Source: a virus. From it: a stretch of DNA of 43,146 bases. Position numbers and translations under genes: made by a program. Where the stretch lies: IMG/VR virus record IMGVR_UViG_3300031760_000155; one strand, written 5' to 3'. A model generated the notes under the pieces. That model was not told the origin of the DNA and did not search any database. It saw only the letters and a list, made by a program, of their open reading frames with translations. Shown in pieces: positions 40,690 to 43,146 of the stretch; positions within the stretch are counted from its first letter, which is position 1; the number at the start of each line of letters is the position of its first letter.

Positions 40690-41840
40690 TTGTCTGCTCC
40701 TACCTCGCGGTCAAATGCTGCCATGACTGCATTCATGTCCGCGTTCTTTTCGTTCTTTGGCGGATTGACGTTTGGAACGTCCCCGTCTTCCTTCTGTGCC
40801 TGCAAAGCCTTTGCGGCTGCGCCCTTTTCCATAAAGGTGTCAATGACCTTTTCGTTCGATGGGTCAGACCCGTCTTTGATGCAAGCAAGGGCAAATTCGC
40901 CTGCGCCGGATTTTTCCCCCAAAGCCAAAAGACGGCTAACACGGGCCTGCTCTTTTGCGATGCCAGCCTTTTCACCGTCTGCGACTACCTGTGCATATAC
41001 GTCAGGATTATCGCGCTTCAAATCCTCAGCTGTGATTTTCATACAGCCTCCTTTATTTTTTTCCTCGGTTGCGAGTGCAACCGCTCCAGACGGCTTGCCG
41101 CCTTTAAATCCCAATGCCATTGCCGCAGCCTTAAGGTTGCGGTCTTTCTTTGCATGTGCGTGGACCTGCTGCATCATTTTCTTTGCATCTGAAAACTTTG
41201 CCTTTGCGGAAAGCACGTTCATTTCCTTGCTGTCTGGCTGGACGTTTCCGTTTGCGATGTCCCTCTTCATTCCTTCGTCCGGAACAAATTCAATTATGCG
41301 GTCCGCAAATCCCGCATCCTTTATCTCATTTCCCCAGAGCCATGTCTCTGCATCCATCATGGACTTTATTTCTTTTTCTGTTTTACCCGTTCTAGCTATG
41401 TATGCAGATGCCAGCATGTTGTCTATCTGTTCAAGGAATGCCGCAGCCTCGCGCAAATCGTTTTCATTTCCAATGGCAACGTCCCAGGCATCGTGAATCA
41501 TAAAGACGGCGTTGTCTTCTGCCTCAATCTTGTTTTCGCTATTTACAGAATTTGCAGCAAGGGCAATGACACTTGCCATGCTTGCCGCCATGCCCTGTAT
41601 GTAGGTTGTGATTTTAACGTCTGGATGGTTCCGCGCAAAGTCGCGGATAATGTTGAAAATTGTAATCCCCTCGAAAACGTCACCACCTGGGGAATCTATG
41701 GTTATTTTTAATTCTGTCTCATTTGCCGGAAAAGAGTTAAGCTGGTCGCGAACCCAGCGCGCGGATGTCTCTGTTGACACGCCTGCGAACTCCTCCCACC
41801 AGTCTTCACCTATGACCTTATCAATTAACAGTTCTTTCAT
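40677..41840 (-). CDS. Prohead protease (ClpP/S49-type) fused to a scaffold-like C-terminal region
   Basis: IDSPGGDVFEGITIFNIIRDF and YIQGMAASMASVIALAA (catalytic Ser context). The C-terminal 150 aa are Ala/Lys/Glu-rich. Confidence 0.85.
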   Translation of the reverse strand: MKELLIDKVIGEDWWEEFAGVSTETSARWVRDQLNSFPANETELKITIDSPGGDVFEGITIFNIIRDFARNHPDVKITTYIQGMAASMASVIALAANSVNSENKIEAEDNAVFMIHDAWDVAIGNENDLREAAAFLEQIDNMLASAYIARTGKTEKEIKSMMDAETWLWGNEIKDAGFADRIIEFVPDEGMKRDIANGNVQPDSKEMNVLSAKAKFSDAKKMMQQVHAHAKKDRNLKAAAMALGFKGGKPSGAVALATEEKNKGGCMKITAEDLKRDNPDVYAQVVADGEKAGIAKEQARVSRLLALGEKSGAGEFALACIKDGSDPSNEKVIDTFMEKGAAAKALQAQKEDGDVPNVNPPKNEKNADMNAVMAAFDREVGADKWEK

Positions 41841-41868
41841 ACTATCTATTTTTTTACAAAAAAAATAA

Positions 41869-41883
41869 TTTCGCTAGGTTATT
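41869..41883 (-). promoter_or_regulatory. AATAACCTAGCGAAA box (copy upstream of the protease/head block)
   Basis: Minus sense 15-mer identical to 8986-9000, 28 nt upstream of the protease ATG. Confidence 0.6.
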
Positions 41884-41933
41884 ATTAAAAAAAAAGAATT
41901 CAAAAAAAATATTTTTTGTTTTATAATTTGCTC

Positions 41934-42617
41934 ATGGGAAAGAACATAGTCTATTCAGGAATTAACGCATTCGCCAAGGTAATGGCAGACACTCAGGCAG
42001 CAATGCTCAAGGCGGCAAATACCGCCGTAAACAAAACGGCATTCACCGCCAGAAAAAATGCCATTGAAAACATAGAAAAAAATTTTACGCTAAGAAACAA
42101 TTTTACAACAAAGAATATTTACACGCAGCCGTCTTCCCGCCCGCAAAACTTTGCAGACATCCGCGCCTACACTGGAGTTCTTGAACCGGCAGGCTACATG
42201 GAGCGGCAGGAATTCGGCGGAAAAAGAACGAACCCGACAGGTGCAAACCTGGTAATTCCCAACACCCGCGCCCGCGGAAACAACAACAAGAAGAAGGTGC
42301 AGACGCGCTACTACCTCGGAGTTGTAAGCCGCAACACCGTCCACTGGTCGCGCCGGAATGGCAGCCGGAAAGCCCGCCTTGTCGCCACCGCCTTTGTCGC
42401 CGCAAAGGAAAAGAAATTTATAAGAATGAATAATGCCTTTTTTCAGGTCTCCAATTTTAGAAAGACAAAAAAAAGCGCGTCCTTCAGGCTAAAGGAAATC
42501 CTCAACCTAAAGCACGCATCCACAAGAACACCCGCCCAGCCCTGGCTCTCCCCGGCCAGTGAGTATGCCGCAAAGCTCACCCCGGAATTCTACGCCCAGG
42601 AGATGGACAAGCTTTAA
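41934..42617 (+). CDS. Hypothetical 227-aa basic protein on the opposite strand to the late genes
   Basis: The track start 41916 is TTG; the first ATG is at 41934. Function not recognised, though a virion-morphogenesis-like role is possible. Confidence 0.55.
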   Translation: MGKNIVYSGINAFAKVMADTQAAMLKAANTAVNKTAFTARKNAIENIEKNFTLRNNFTTKNIYTQPSSRPQNFADIRAYTGVLEPAGYMERQEFGGKRTNPTGANLVIPNTRARGNNNKKKVQTRYYLGVVSRNTVHWSRRNGSRKARLVATAFVAAKEKKFIRMNNAFFQVSNFRKTKKSASFRLKEILNLKHASTRTPAQPWLSPASEYAAKLTPEFYAQEMDKL

Positions 42618-42625
42618 AATAAAAT

Positions 42626-42662
42626 CGAGCCTGTAAGAAAAACTTACAGGCTCGTTTTTTTT
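42626..42662. terminator. Bidirectional intrinsic terminator
   Basis: CGAGCCTGTAAG-AAAAA-CTTACAGGCTCG (12-bp stem) with T8 downstream on the plus strand and A/T-rich runs on the other side. Confidence 0.85.
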
Positions 42663-42825
42663 ATCTATTTTTTAAATCTTTTATCCCCCAAATTATGTTA
42701 ATAACTAATGCAATAAAAACAAGTATCATTACTATAACCGCAAAAAAAAACAAATCATCATCATTATAATTATTATTAGATTTACTCATAATACAGCCAA
42801 CAATTAAACCTATTATAAATTTCAT
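42661..42825 (-). CDS. Small 54-aa membrane protein (below the track cutoff), AT-rich
   Basis: Hand translation: MKFIIGLIVGCIMSKSNNNYNDDDLFFFAVIVMILVFIALVINIIWGIKDLKNR. GGGAGAAAG SD upstream. Confidence 0.5.
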   Translation of the reverse strand: MKFIIGLIVGCIMSKSNNNYNDDDLFFFAVIVMILVFIALVINIIWGIKDLKNR

Positions 42826-42850
42826 TTTCTACTTTCTCCCATTCTTCAAG

Positions 42851-43048
42851 TTAATTGTTCGTAAAAAACAAACAGCTGGCAATATACGCGCTTTGGGTCA
42901 AGCCAGAATCTTGAACAGCCTTGTCAAGCTTTTCTTTCTGCTCCGGCGTGCAGCAAAAAGAAACGGTCACGGCCTTTGCGCCGTCTTCCTTTTGCTTGCG
43001 CCCGACATTCTTCCGGGCACCGCCTCTATTTTCTTTTTTCAATTCCAT
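42851..43048 (-). CDS. Ribbon-helix-helix (CopG/MobC-like) DNA-binding protein, 65 aa
   Basis: Basic N-terminal arm then VTVSFCCTPEQKEKLDKAVQDSGLTQSAYIASCL (beta-alpha-alpha pattern). Confidence 0.6.
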   Translation of the reverse strand: MELKKENRGGARKNVGRKQKEDGAKAVTVSFCCTPEQKEKLDKAVQDSGLTQSAYIASCLFFTNN

Positions 43049-43146
43049 TTATTCCCCTTCATCAATTTCTTGCCACACATGATAACCACGATACTCCTCT
43101 CGCATATATTCAAGATCCTTTTTTCTTTCCTCTGGTGTATCTTTTA
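43020..43146. repeat. Second copy of the terminal repeat (identical to 1-127)
   Basis: Identical string read at both ends. Confidence 0.9.

Overview
The window is a complete, circularly assembled temperate tailed-phage genome. Positions 1-127 are identical to 43020-43146, so the unit length is 43019 bp. About 60 percent of it is a minus-strand late region. This region has lambda-type head genes (terS, GpA-type terL, gpW-like, lambda-family portal, ClpP/S49 prohead protease, decoration protein, E-type major capsid). It also has a Mu-type contractile tail (sheath, tube, chaperone with -1 frameshift, tape measure, gp43-gp48 baseplate set, fibres) and a lysis cassette (holin-like proteins, overlapped i-/o-spanin pair, CHAP endolysin). 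A plus-strand early region (11.2-23.2 kb) encodes an RHH Cro-like regulator, a Bro-N antirepressor, SSB, a ParA/ParB pair, a 1138-aa primase-helicase, a second methyltransferase and many small unknown ORFs. A tyrosine integrase and a CI-like repressor sit at 9.5-11.1 kb. The standout system is a complete diversity-generating retroelement at 23.2-26.1 kb: FGE/C-type-lectin-fold target at the end of the fibre module, Avd, TR, and an RT with the SQ and YMDD motifs. Its TR/VR differences are adenine-biased, but there is also a 1-nt length difference and two non-adenine mismatches. Other notable observations: (1) both orphan DNA methyltransferases carry simple-sequence repeats, a frame-shifting 7-nt x5 repeat in one and an in-frame 9-nt x12 (LQR)n repeat in the other; (2) a 16-bp near-palindrome occurs four times, once inside parB (parS candidate); (3) a 15-nt box lies upstream of three late blocks; (4) a 3' half of a tRNA-Pro(GGG)-like sequence with flanking direct repeats looks like attP but lies 23 kb from int, inside the late region; (5) the order of the morphogenesis modules is non-canonical. 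All functional calls rest on motifs and gene order read by eye. No database search was run.
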